Source: Squalus acanthias (Eukaryota). From it: DNA of 64,000 bases. The position numbers and the translations under genes are program-made. Numbering within the stretch: the first letter of the stretch is position 1; each line of letters begins with the position of its first letter. The notes beneath the pieces are model-generated. The model had not been told where the DNA came from and did not search any database. It saw only the letters and a list, made by a program, of their open reading frames with translations. The stretch spans positions 39,184,001-39,248,000 of the forward strand of contig CM059427.1 of NCBI GenBank assembly GCA_030390025.1, written 5' to 3'. Shown here in pieces: positions 37,362-49,219 of this stretch.

Positions 37362-38867
37362 AAGGTATCCAGCAGAAAAAGTGATGTTGGCTGCCTTTTG
37401 CAACCATTGATTCAACTAGATGTGGCTGATAACAACATTTGGAGCGCAGAACACTACATGCGAGATATTTAAAATGTTTATAGTTTTCACAATTTGTGGA
37501 TAATAATAATAATGGAAAGAATGCATATTGAGTTACATACAGATAATTGTTTGTGTACCATTGAGTGGAAAGTTTGTATGTTAATAATGTAATTCTCACG
37601 TCTGTTTGTTGTAAATGCCATTAGCTGTGGTTCCAATTTGCAGCTGATGCTGAAAGTATGCTGAGCTTAAAGCTATAGTTAAAAAAAAAGAAGCAGATGG
37701 CTAAAGACGAAGGTCAAATCAGATGGAGAAGTTTGTCAAAATGGGATGACAAAGGCAATCTGTAAACTGTTATTGCGCCTACCTTGAGGTGCTGAAAACA
37801 TTTTGAAATTACAAAAACACTGGAGTCGTCAGTATGCTGGTAGAAAAGGTAGCCTCGAGTGCTTCGGCTGTATGGATGAATGCCAGATGTGGAACCCGAC
37901 ATATCTGGAATTAATGATATTAAGCATGCTTCCCTATATGCCCAATAATAACTCTATTATGATTGATACAAACCACAGACACTTTATCTAGCATAAATGT
38001 AATCATCTGTCATGCAGTATATTAAATCATCAATTTCTGCATTATGAGAGCCGTTTAAGGTAACTAATCATCTGTCTAGTTCTGGTGTCTTTGAGGCTGA
38101 TCCGATAACACAGAATACTGCTACCACAACCATGACAATCTAACCCCGGCATGAAAGGATTGAGAAAGACCCATTACCACGAGAAACCCTGTGGCAATAT
38201 CAGAGCTCTCTTTCTACATAATCCACAGCTGTAAATAAACCACCCTCTGCCGCTAAGTTTATTGATCACAGACAGTTCCACACTTGTGTCAAGCAAATTC
38301 TCAACAGAATAAAATGTTGCTTTATGTTTTGTCTTGTCAAAATATTAAATTGTTCTGTCATGTAGAGTCAGGCTTTCAGAGACTGCAGTGACAGTGTAAT
38401 CTTGCATTAGTTCTCTCTATTGCCAAGTTCACCTCACAGGATCATTCCAATGGTGTCCAATTATGCTCTTTAAAGTTCAGACCTGGCTCCCTATTATGCA
38501 ACACAGGAACCTGGCTTCAGTAATCATGATGGATATATCATTATTATTGCTTTACCCACTTGTTTTAAGTTCTGTGCTTAGTTAAATCAAGCAGTTTCAG
38601 CTTGATAAAAATATAAAAAGGCTTTTGGAATTAGAATTTTCTAATTATGATGATGGTGTTATTCCATGGGGTTTCATTTCTGCTGTGCACTGTTTTTAGT
38701 GTACTGGTTAACATATTGACATTAAATTCTAATCTTCACTATTATAATATAACCATGAATCTATTTATTTTCAACAGGTTAATAACTGTGCTAAAATAGT
38801 GCAGATAGGAATTTAACATTAATATGCTAACCAGTGAAAATAATGAACAGAGGAAATTAAACCCTAA

Positions 38868-39549
38868 GAGGGAAAAATTCGGTATTGCCCCATTTGGGGC
38901 GCTAACTTTTAAAAGTTGAAAAAATTAGCGCCAGGTGCTAATGTTTTTCAACTTTAAAAAAATTCGGTTTTGCGCTCCAGGAAGGAAGTGGAGCACAACA
39001 GGCAGCAGGCGGGGCGGTAGGTGTGCAGCGCTGCACAATGGGCCATGCAGCGCTGCCGCATTGGAAAGCTCCTTCCCTCCCTTAAAGGGAAGGGCCATCG
39101 TTGCAGGCTCTGCAAGGGCAAAACTTACCTGGTCCCCGGGCCCGATTGGCTTGATGCACTGCAGCAGAGTGCCGGGCTGATTGATGGCTGGTGAAGACGA
39201 GGAAAAAAAATGAGCAACAGCATTTCAGAATTTTTTTCACTTACCTCAGCCACCTCACCTTTAAGTATCGCCCCCCGAAGCGCCTTCTGCAGCTGCTGGT
39301 GTTTTGGCCCGGCGATGCTGCAGGGGGCGGAACCGAAGTTCAGGTCCGGGGCGTTACCGGGGCGATGCGCACAGCGATGATGTCATGATCTCAGGGCAAA
39401 GAAGATCGGGGCGCAACGTCATACCGTCGCCGCCACAAACCTCCCGCTGAATATAGCGGGAGTCGATGTTCTCGCCGCGCCCAGTCGGTAACTGCTTAGC
39501 ACCCCGGGAGGCGCTAACAGGAGGTGCTAAGGTGCCCAATTTCTAGCCC
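38868..39549. mobile_element. CpG-rich Harbinger-like MITE, TAA target-site duplication
   Basis: TAA|GAGGGAAAAATT ... AATTTCTAGCCC|TAA; termini homologous to 36470-37361 in opposite orientation. Confidence 0.85.
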
Positions 39550-40904
39550 TAAATATTTTGCCTGCAATGAAGGGAATAGGCCAAAATAACATGACAACCT
39601 TATTTTTTAATGGTATATCCAACTAAACTTTTATTTCAAAAGTTCAGTTAATCATTATATGTTGCATCTATCATGTTAATTATTGTACCATTTTCTAAAA
39701 GAAGTACTATAAAAATGATATATGTGGTGTCTCTTGTTAATGTTGCTATAACAGTACAGAAAAAATGGCTAAAATCCACATCATTTATAATGACCAGTTT
39801 GAACTTGGAACAAGACCTGAATACTACGATAACAATATAACTTTCTAGTTTGCTGCATCACAAATTCTGAAACACAGCACTAAACCTTAGCAGCAGAGCT
39901 GAGAAGTTCCTGCATGCAGGTACAATTAACAACCTGTACCCTGTGGCATTCCTATTAAGAGGTTTGAGCTGCTGACAGGCATCAGGAGTCTGGACAGGAA
40001 CTCTTCTATTATCATAATAGTAGAATCTTTTCAGTCATAGGATATACATGAAGATAAAAAAAATTATGCCTTATGTTTAGCATGTAAAATGAGAGGATGC
40101 TGAGGCACATTTCTGTTTAGGTTGCTGATGTCATTCAGCAGCCCTTGCCTTCACTGGCTGCAGGCTTCTGAGCATGTCTGGATCCAAATGCTTCCAGGAA
40201 TTCACTTTATATCTTTAAAATATAATTTGTATTTTGTCCAACACCATAGGAGTGAGTTTGTTCTCAAACTAAAATAGATTTTGACTGGACAAACTGAGTT
40301 TGATTTTTTTTTAATTCCTTGCACCTCTAAGTTATTGTTTGCAGCTCCTTCCTTTGTATATGGCTTAATAGTGGTTTAACTATGGGAGGACTCCGGACAG
40401 ACCTAGTAAATGGGGGTGACCTGGTTACGCCAGGTCTCTGGCATTTCCAGGAGTTTCCTATTTGCCTAGTAAGGGACTAAACCTCCATCCATCTTACAGG
40501 GCAAATGATGACCAGGGGACAAAACCAGGGGACCCTTGGAGTTCCTGCTCCCTTGGTGCAGTCAGGAAAGGCCCTGACAGAAAGCATCCTGAATTTTTTT
40601 TTTTTTGAAAGAAGGGGAAATCAGCACCCTAACACAGCAGGGAAGGGGAGAAATCTGAGCAATTTTCTGGACAAGGCAGGTGGGCTCTGGAGTTTTCAAC
40701 CGCCATGGGCAGATGGGCACCAGAGACGTGCCCAATGTGGTGCTTGCATTTGCCTGTCCCAAGCTAATGGGGTTCCCTCCCACTGATCCTGCAAAGTTTG
40801 GTAGGGTGAGCGTTGGAGGGCACTGGTGGGCACGATCCTGCTGTAACCCCTGAGGTTGCGACCCATGGATTTTCAGCATAAATAGAAATATGGCTTAGGC
40901 TAGG

Positions 40905-43595
40905 GCAGGACTCGGAGCTGAACATTACTGGTTAAAAAATACAGAGTAGGGGAAAAAAAGAAGTGACCCAATATTTCTCAAAGATTCCATGAAAATATAA
41001 GGATGATATAAAAGATGGCGAAGAGGTTGAATCTATTTGGTTGGAGTTAAAGAATAAGAAGGAAACTGTTAGCCTAATAGGAGTTTATTATAAACTTTTG
41101 AACACTGGAAAGGAGTCAGAGGTTGAGAAATATAAACAAATTAGGGAAAGATGCAGAAATAATAATAATAATAATAATGGGCGACTTTGATTATCCAAAG
41201 ATAGACTGAGGTAAGAGTAATGTAAGTGGCAAAGAAAGGGGGAGATTTTCACAATGCATCCAGACTGCTTTCTAGATCAGTATATATTTTTTTCAACATG
41301 GAAGGAGGCAGTGCTGTATTTAGTTCTAGGAAATGAAGTATGGTAAATAGGTAATGTAAAGGTAGGAAACCATCTAGGAAACAGCCATACCATAACTAAG
41401 TTCAATATAAAAAACTGAAAAGGAGAGCAAACAGTTAAAAATAAAGGTACTTGACCAGAAAAAAATTCCAAGATAAATGAAGACTAGCCCTGATAAATTG
41501 GAAAGAAAAGTTGGCAGATAAAACAGTAATCAAACAATGGGAAATTTTCAAACAGGAGATGACTAGGGTACAATATATTCTCACAAGAGCAAAGGGGATG
41601 CAGCAAAAACTGGAGTTCCTCAGATACGTAGAGAAATTAACATTAAAATTAAAAAAGAGGTACATGACAAATCTAGGATTAATGATACAAAATAAAACAA
41701 TCAGATGGGCCGAATGGCCTCCTTCTGTGCTGTACATTTCTATGATAATATAGAAAATACAGAGGGATACCAATAAAGATTGACAAGTAAGATAAAGGGA
41801 AATAGTAAAAGATTTTATAAACCAATAAAAATTAAAGGAATAATTAAAGAAAGGGTAGGATGAATTTGAGATAAAAAGAGAAATTTTCTTGTCAAGAATG
41901 AAGGAATGGCTAAACTACAAAATGAGTAATTCACCTCATTTTTCACAGCATAGTGTGATAGTGGGAGAAGGAGGAGGAGGACGTCGAGCAATTAGATAGG
42001 ACAACTAACTATAGATAAGTAAGTAGAGCTGAAAAAGGCTGATGAAACGCTAAGTGGAAAAGGCATTGAGCCCTGATGGAATATGTTCTAGGATGCTGAG
42101 GGAAGTCAGAGAGAAATTAACGGAGAATCTGACCACAGTCTTTCAAACATCCTTGGATTTGGAAATTGTGCCAGAAGACTGGAGGATTGCCAATGTGACA
42201 CCTCTGTTCAAGAAGAGTGACAAGGATAAACTGGGTAACTATAAACCAGACAGCTTAATATCAGTAGCGGGCAAGCTTCTAGCAGTCATAATATAGGTTA
42301 AAATTAATGCTCGCTTAGAAAGACGTGAATTAATTAAGGAGAGCCAGCATGGACGTATAAAAGGCAAGTCATGTCTGACAAATTTATTAGAGCTCCTGAT
42401 GAAATAATGGAGTGTATTGATAAAGGAAATGCAGTGGATGTTGTGTATCTGGATTTAATAAAGGTGTTCAATAAGGTTTTGTATAGGAGGCATATCAATA
42501 AAAATAAAACGCATGGTATTAAAGAAAATGTGGCAGCATGGATAGAAAGTTGGCTAAAGGACAGAAAGCAGAGGTGAGTGGTTAAAGGATTTTTTAGACT
42601 GGGGCAATGTAAGCAATGGTGTCGCCCAGGGGTAAGTGTTATGTCCATTGCTCTTCACTATATATATATTAATAGGTCTGGACTTGGGTATAGGAGAATA
42701 TAAGACTTAATATCAACATTTAAAACAACAGAAAAATAGGAAGTGTTGTTAGTTGGGAATTGCAAGCAACTTCAGCAGGACATGGTCAGATTAATAGATT
42801 GGACAGATAGATATCAGATGAATTTTAATGCGAGGTGATACATTTGAGAGGAAGAATAAGGACAAAAAATATACACTAAATCATAAAACTTTTAAAGGAG
42901 TATAAACCTTTAGAAATTATTGGCTAGGCTGAAATTAGAATGTGGCAATGGAGAAAATAATGGGACTTAAGATAGTGAAATCTCCAGGACCTGATGAGTA
43001 ATAAAAGAAATAGGTGAGGAAATTGCTGGCACATTAATCATATTTTTATAAAGCTCTCTAGATTCAACAATTGTGCCTTTGAATTGGAAAATTGTAAATG
43101 TCACTCCATTATTTGAGAAGGAAGGGAGGGAGAAACCCAGTAACTACAAACCCATCAGTTTAACATCTGTTGTGGGGAAGTTACTGGAATCTATCAACAG
43201 AGACAGTGACTAAGCACTTGGACAAGTATGAGCTGATCAAAGAGAGTCAGCATGGATTTGTGTGGAGTAGGTCATGTCTGACTAATCTAGTTGAACTTTT
43301 TGATAATGTCACTAACATGGTGGATAGAGGAGTGTCTATTAATGTTGTCTATATGGAATTCCAGAGAGCTTTTGATAATGTTCTGCACAATAGATAGTTA
43401 GTAAAAATGAGAACGCATGGAATTGGAGGTAACCTTGTGATATGGGTTGGTAATTGGCTGGGTGAGAGGAAATAGAGCGTAGGGATAAATGGAACACTCT
43501 CTGATTGGCTGAATGTGACAAGTGGTGTTCTCCAGAGATCTGTACTGGGGCCTTAGCTTAGCACCATATATATTTATGACTTGGATGAAGAAATA
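40905..43595 (+). mobile_element. Old CR1 fragments (endonuclease remnant plus two RT segments)
   Basis: Remnant translations IIMGDFDYPKID (APE-type endonuclease), [37 protein letters not shown]; many stops and frameshifts; a separate CR1 tail at ~41705-41745. Confidence 0.85.
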
Positions 43596-44693
43596 GCGGC
43601 CTAGAATAGAGGCCTCGAACAATCCCTGTGCCAGAATGTTTAGGCCCTAAGCCCACCCATATTGGACCTCGGGCTTCATTTACATGAGACTGGTGAGCTA
43701 TGGAAACCTGCTGGATGTCCCTAGGCAGCTTGCCAGCAAAGAGGATTGTAATTTCGGCCTGCTGAATTGCCGGCAGCAGCCCTCAAGTGGTCCTGGGCAA
43801 GGGGGAAAAATATTCGGGAGGGAGGGAGTGACTGGAAGAGGGGAGTAATTGGAAGAGGAATGAGGGTGACTGGGAGAAGAGGAGGGGCAACCAGGAGTGG
43901 GGGGGAGGGGGAATGGTCCGTGAGAGGGAGCAGAGATCGGGAGAGGGAAGGGGGACAGAGATCATGAAGGGGGTGATCAGGAGCCAGCAATGGTCTTCAG
44001 AGCTGCAGTGGAGCCAGGAGGAACACTTCTGCTCGTCCCGGCTGCACATTCAGGTAAATCTATTTTACAAAACTTACCTTGTTGGTGGCAGCTGGCAGCG
44101 GTCCCTTTAAGGATCACTGGTTAGGCCGCATATTAACCACGTTTTATTGAATGCAGCCGGCCCGGTATCGGCTGTGTTCAGGACAAGCCAATTTGGTAAA
44201 GGGGGCATCAAACAGGCATAAATCCCTTTATTTTCATCCACTTTGGATCCGAGAATGCCATTATATGTGCAGGGTGAACGCCTGCTATGCTGTAGGGGGA
44301 GGCTGCCACTCCAAACCTGGAAAATCCTGTGGTGCTTCAGTGGGGAGGAGCAAAACCCACCTCTTCCAACACTCTCAACAATTGCCTCCCTTCCATCTCA
44401 TCCTTCAGCATGCAATCACAAGGGCAAACTGCAACAGCTCTCTTTCTCATTCTAAATACACTCACCTCTTCCTTTGCTCTCTTCACACCACACACAAGCA
44501 GCATTCTCTTCTGATATCCTGGCACATGCAGAACCACAAACTCCTCCCATGTCTCCTTCCTCACTTCACATTTCACACACTTGGCTTTATATTCATCCCC
44601 TCCCCATCCTCATTCCCTCTTGCTTGTTCTCCAGCTCTCAGAGCATGCACTATATGCACTACTTTCATTAACTCTTACCCTCTCGTTCTGCAG

Positions 44694-45406
44694 GACAAGA
44701 TAACACACCATGCCAGGGAGAAGACTAAGCCTGGGTGAAGAGCAAAGTTCCCTGCAAGCTGCGCTTTGTTCTGCGTGGCCTGTTTCTTTTAATGCGTGGT
44801 TCCTTTAAATTTCTGTGCATGCGTGGTATTTACAATGTAAAAGCCAGTGAGTGGCCTGTGCAGGACCTTTCAGATTACTGCGAGGCCCTGCGCGCGCGCA
44901 GCTTAGCGGAAACATTGGTGAAGAGTACTCAACATTATAGCCCTCACCCAAGCATAGTAAGAAGCCCTGGAGATCAGTGTTGCAGGCAGAGCCATGAGCA
45001 TTGGGGAAAGCAAGACAGGTTGCTTGTAATCATTCATTCACCTCAGCAAATATTCAGCAAGCTTCACAACTTCAAGCTGCATTCTTTAGACTGTCACTTG
45101 CTAATGTCCAGCCTCTCAGTGCGCGTCCATTTTCTCTTGCCTCTAGGTCCTTCTTGCCAGCAATCGGCTCCTGAAGAAGTCACCTCAGAGGAGGACAATT
45201 CTTCTGCACCATCATGCACTCCATCCCTCCCAAACACCAGCACAGACATTGGCACTCCACGTGGGTTAGATAGTGAGGCAAAGGGGTCCGCACAAGTGAG
45301 CAGCAGCAGTTTATGGAGACAGGGACAGCCCACAAAACAGCTTGCTCGAGGGCGAGGACCCTTGAAGAACGAATTACTGAGTATAAGGAACATAGCAATA
45401 CTTTGA
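44694..45406 (+). pseudogene. Harbinger Myb/SANT-like gene, exons 2 and 3 (decayed)
   Basis: ctgcag|DKITHHAREKTKPG*RVLNIIALTQA**EALEISVAGRAMSIGESKT (after removing the hAT MITE; resembles K..HN.RE..TGGG..LT..EE.ALEI); phase-1 intron 45019-45146; exon 3 acidic/Ser-rich GPSCQQSAPEEVTSEEDNSS..TSTD..GSAQ. Confidence 0.6.
44743..44917. mobile_element. 175-bp hAT-superfamily MITE
   Basis: Perfect 8-bp TSD GTGAAGAG (44735-44742, 44918-44925); TIRs CAAAGTTCCCTGCAAGCTGCGC / GCGCAGCTTAGCGGAAACATTG (17/22). Confidence 0.9.
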
Positions 45407-46614
45407 GAAAGTACGTGAGACTGAGAGGAATTCTGATGAGCTTTGTCCTGCCTTCCCCAACCTTCTGCTGCCAGTTTTCCTTGAATTTCATCCTCTCGTG
45501 CAGGCTCTCCTGTATGTCTTCCCAGAATGTGGAAAACTTCAGTTTCCTGTGGAATCGGAGTCTTCCATTGTAGTGGTCCTTCCACAGTGGTATTTCTCTG
45601 GCACTGGTAGTAGGCCAGCCTTTCCTTCGGAGGGAGAGCATACAGTAGGGATGATTTTCATATGTAGCACGCATCAGGCAGGCGACGGGTGAAGCGATGG
45701 CATCTCCCCCCTGATGGCACTAGCGAGAGGCCAGAACAATTTTCATGTTCAGACTGCATAATTTAGGCAAGCTGCCAGTGCTCAACGAGTGGCGGAAATC
45801 CGACATCTACACTGCAGAGCAGAGTTGGAGGTATTGCCTTAAAGGGGAGGGGAACACGGGCGGGGGTGGGGTGAGGGGGCGGTGGGGAGCTGAGGAGGGA
45901 GGGTCACTGAGCTTTCATGCTCCTTCTGGCCACGCAAATATCAGTAGCACCACTTTTTTTGGTTGTTTTCAGAGCGGCCTGCAGCAGTCCCTTTAAGGAA
46001 TGTAGGTTAGGCTACTGTATGTCCAGTATCAATGGGCAGTGTGTGAGTGGCACACATTCTCTGCCTAGTTGTACCTGAGAATTGCACCAGAGTCCTACAA
46101 CTGGTGTTGGACCCTGATATAAATATTTTAATAAGGCTCAAGCCTGCTTTGTGCAGGATCGCTGGCTTCCCATTTCGAGGTCCACTTGAAAATCGAGTTG
46201 TGCGGGACTTGGGCGGCCAGTAGCAATAGTTTTTTAAAATGTTTTGTCTGTTTATCGCTCCATTTCTCAGTGTGAATTGGACGGTAGGCAGACAAAATTC
46301 ATCGCTACTGTTACAGGTCTTCAAATAGCATGGACACTTTTCCCCATGTGAGCGCATGATTCCCATGATGATGACAATTGGAGGTGCCTTGTCCCTTTAA
46401 ATGAAGTGCCCTTGAAAACTAACAGTTGCCCTTGTGGCAGGCAAAGTGAGTTCAGAGAGTGGCTCATGAGTTTTGATGGTGGTTGACTGTTTGGAGAGGT
46501 TGCCCTTTGCATTAGTAAGTTCCCCTGACACCCAGGTGTGGAGAGAAAAAGAGCAAGAGAGGTCAGAAGGTGAGTGAAGGCTCAATTAGTGGTGGCACGA
46601 GTGTCTTGACTTAC

Positions 46615-46841
46615 CTTAGCCACCCTTGTGAGGTCATTGAACCTTTTTCAGCACTCTGTGGCAGCTCTTGATTTGCTGGAGGTTGCACTTACTGCTGTTG
46701 CCACCTCCCTGCAGACTGTACCACTCTCTTACAGCCTTATTGCCCATGAGACAGTTCCTCCTTGCCCTGACTTCTGCCAGAAGATCTGTCTGAAAACGTT
46801 GTTGCTGCTGAAATGCCAAAGATTGCTGTTCCCTCAGCCAT
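46615..46841 (-). pseudogene. Harbinger Myb/SANT DNA-binding domain exon 1 (decayed)
   Basis: Frameshifted ..RF..LLAEVRARR.. ending RAATEC*KRFNDLTRVAK|GTAAGT; TIR-like aattcaggcc at 47070-47079. Confidence 0.7.
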
Positions 46842-47186
46842 CTTGAAGTGTCTGGAGCTGTAAATGCAAGGTCCCCCTTTAACTAGTTCTAACTTTTTAA
46901 AGGCTGAACCAGAACTGTATTTCCCTTCCTCCCAAAGGCTGTAAGCCAATAAAGGGCAGTATTCTGAGGGAATGAGCAAGTTTAAGAAAGGAAATAACGA
47001 TGGGTTTGAGGCAGTTTCATATTGGTGGGCATAGGGATCACCGCACCGTAAATATGCCAATGAGGGGATAATTCAGGCCGTTGTCTTTAGGTGCTCCACT
47101 GTACTGTGGCATGGAATGAAAGGACATGGGAGAGCAACAGCAATCTCATTTAACTACTTCTCAGTTTTGGCTGTGTCAATAGTGGT

Positions 47187-47613
47187 AAGAAAGAACCTGC
47201 ATTGAGATAGAGCCCTTCATGACCTCAGGACATTCTTAAGTGTTTTACAGCCTACAAAGTACTTTTGAAGAATAGTCACTGTTGTAAGGTAGGAAAATGC
47301 GGCAGGCAATTTATACACAAATAGCAATAAGATAAATGACCAGATAATTTGTTTTAGTGATTTTGGTTGAGGGATAAATATTGATCAGGACATCAGGACA
47401 ACTCCCCTGCTCTTCTTTGAATAATGCCTCGTGATCTTTTACATCCACCTGAGAGGATAGGCGAGCCTCGGCTTAATGTCTCATCTGAAAACCCGCACCT
47501 CCCTCAAATCTGATGTGCCAGCCTATGTTATGTGCTTGTGTCTATGGAGTGGGGCCTGAACCCATGAGCTTCTGGCTCAGAGGCAAGAGTGCGACCACTA
47601 AAGAAGGCTGACA
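47187..47613 (-). mobile_element. SacSINE1/DeuSINE-like SINE, near full length, old
   Basis: Reverse strand: gcactcttgcctctgagccagaagctcatgggttcaggccccactcc (tRNA head), tcaggtggatgtaaaagatc (core), L2-like tail. Confidence 0.85.
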
Positions 47614-47741
47614 GATATACTTAGCGGAGATCACCGCTTCCTCACATGAAAGGATGGCTGGCTTAGATTTTCTGCTGTGTTGGTATTCCCGCCGGAATTG
47701 TGTTGGGACCTACCAGTGTGACTCAATTGTGATTCCATCCT

Positions 47742-47915
47742 ATTTTATTTTATTCGTTCATGGGATGTGGGTATTACTGGCAAGGCCAGGATTTATTGCG
47801 CATCCCTAATTTCCCTTGAGAAGCTGGTGGTGAGCCATCTTCTTGAACCGCTGCAGTCCGTGTGGTGAAGGTACTCCTGTTAGGGAGGGAGCTCCAGGAT
47901 TTTGACCCAGCGACC
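47742..47915 (-). mobile_element. LINE 3'-end fragment (second shark LINE family)
   Basis: Reverse: ..cagcggttcaagaagatggctcaccaccagcttctcaaggg..caataaatcctggccttgccagtaatacccacatcccatgaacgaataaaataaaa. Confidence 0.7.
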
Positions 47916-48132
47916 TATTTTCCTGGTTCAGGGTTATTACCATATTCAGGGCAAGCTCCCACAAGACCCTTCACATCCCCTTCCATCCCTACAAGTGTTC
48001 CTTCACTCACAACCTAACATGAAAGGAAGCAATAAAAGCCTCATATATGTATTTGCTCCTCTCTTGGACTTATGATCAACTCTATTAAAGAAAGGGTTAC
48101 ATTCCAAGTAGAAGGCCTTCACATTATGCACT

Positions 48133-49217
48133 TTACATAGGATTACATAGGATATACAGCACAGAAACAGGCCATTCGGCCCAACCAGTCCTTGCCGGCG
48201 TTTATGCTCCACTCAAACCTCCTCCCGTCTTTCCTCATCTAAATCTATCAGCATAACCCTCTATTCCCTTCTCCCTCATATGCTTGTCTAGCCTCCCCTT
48301 AAATGCATCTATACTATTTGCCTCAACCACTCCCTGTGGTAGCGAGTTCCACATTCTCACCACTCTCTGGGTCAAGAAGTTTCTTCTGAATTCCCGATTG
48401 GATTTCTTGGTGACTATCTTATATTGATGGCCTCTAGTTATGCTCTTCCCCACAAGTGGAAACATTCTCTCTGTTTCTACTCTATCGAACCCTTTCATAA
48501 TTTTAAAGACCTCAATTAGGTCACCCCTCAGCCTTCTTTTGTCAAGCGAGAAGAGGCCCAGCCTGTTCATCCTTTCCTGATATGTATACCCTCGCATTTC
48601 TGGTATCATCCTTGTATAACTTCATTGCACTCTCTCCAGTGCCTCTATATCCTTTTTATAATATGGCGACCAGAACTGTGCGCAGTACTCCAAGTGTGGT
48701 CTACCCAAGGCTCGATACAAGTTTAGCATAACTTCACTACTTTTCAATTCTGTCCCTCTAGAAATAACCCTAGTGCCTGGTTTGCTTTTTTTATGGCCTT
48801 GTTGACCTGTGTCGCTACTTTTAAGTGATTTGTGTATTTGTACTCCGAGATCCCTTTGTTCCTCTACCCCACCCAGACTCGCACCCCTCCAAGTGATAAG
48901 TGACCTCCCAATTCTTCTTACCAAAATGTAATACCTCACATTTATCTGTGTTGAATTTCACTTGCCAATTACATGCCCATTCTGCAAGATTATTAATGTC
49001 TTCCTGTAATTTGTTGCAGTCCTCCTCAGTATTAACTATCCCCGGCAATTTGGTGTCATCCGCAAATTCAGAAATTGTGTTTTTAATTCCAAAGTCTAAA
49101 TCGTTAACATAAATTGTGAACAACAGTGGTCTCAGCACTGATCCTTGTGGAACACCACTACCCACCTTCTGCCACTGTGAATAGCTTCCCTTTACCCCTA
49201 CTCGCTGCCTTCTGTCT
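48133..49217 (-). mobile_element. 5'-truncated CR1 LINE
   Basis: ORFs [41 protein letters not shown]; tail tcctatgtaa repeats. Confidence 0.95.
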
Positions 49218-49219
49218 GT

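Larger units (their letters stand above)
43598..46220 (+). mobile_element. Decayed Harbinger-type element(s) carrying Myb/SANT-gene exons 2-3
   Basis: Shared module gtccctttaagga..ggttaggc at ~44100 and ~45985; donor-like pair at 44051/44072; exon relics below. Boundaries approximate. Confidence 0.55.

Noticed and set aside
44151-45674. Long ORFs (163-223 aa) as novel genes
   Set aside because: They run across intron, MITE and exon relics of a decayed Harbinger element.
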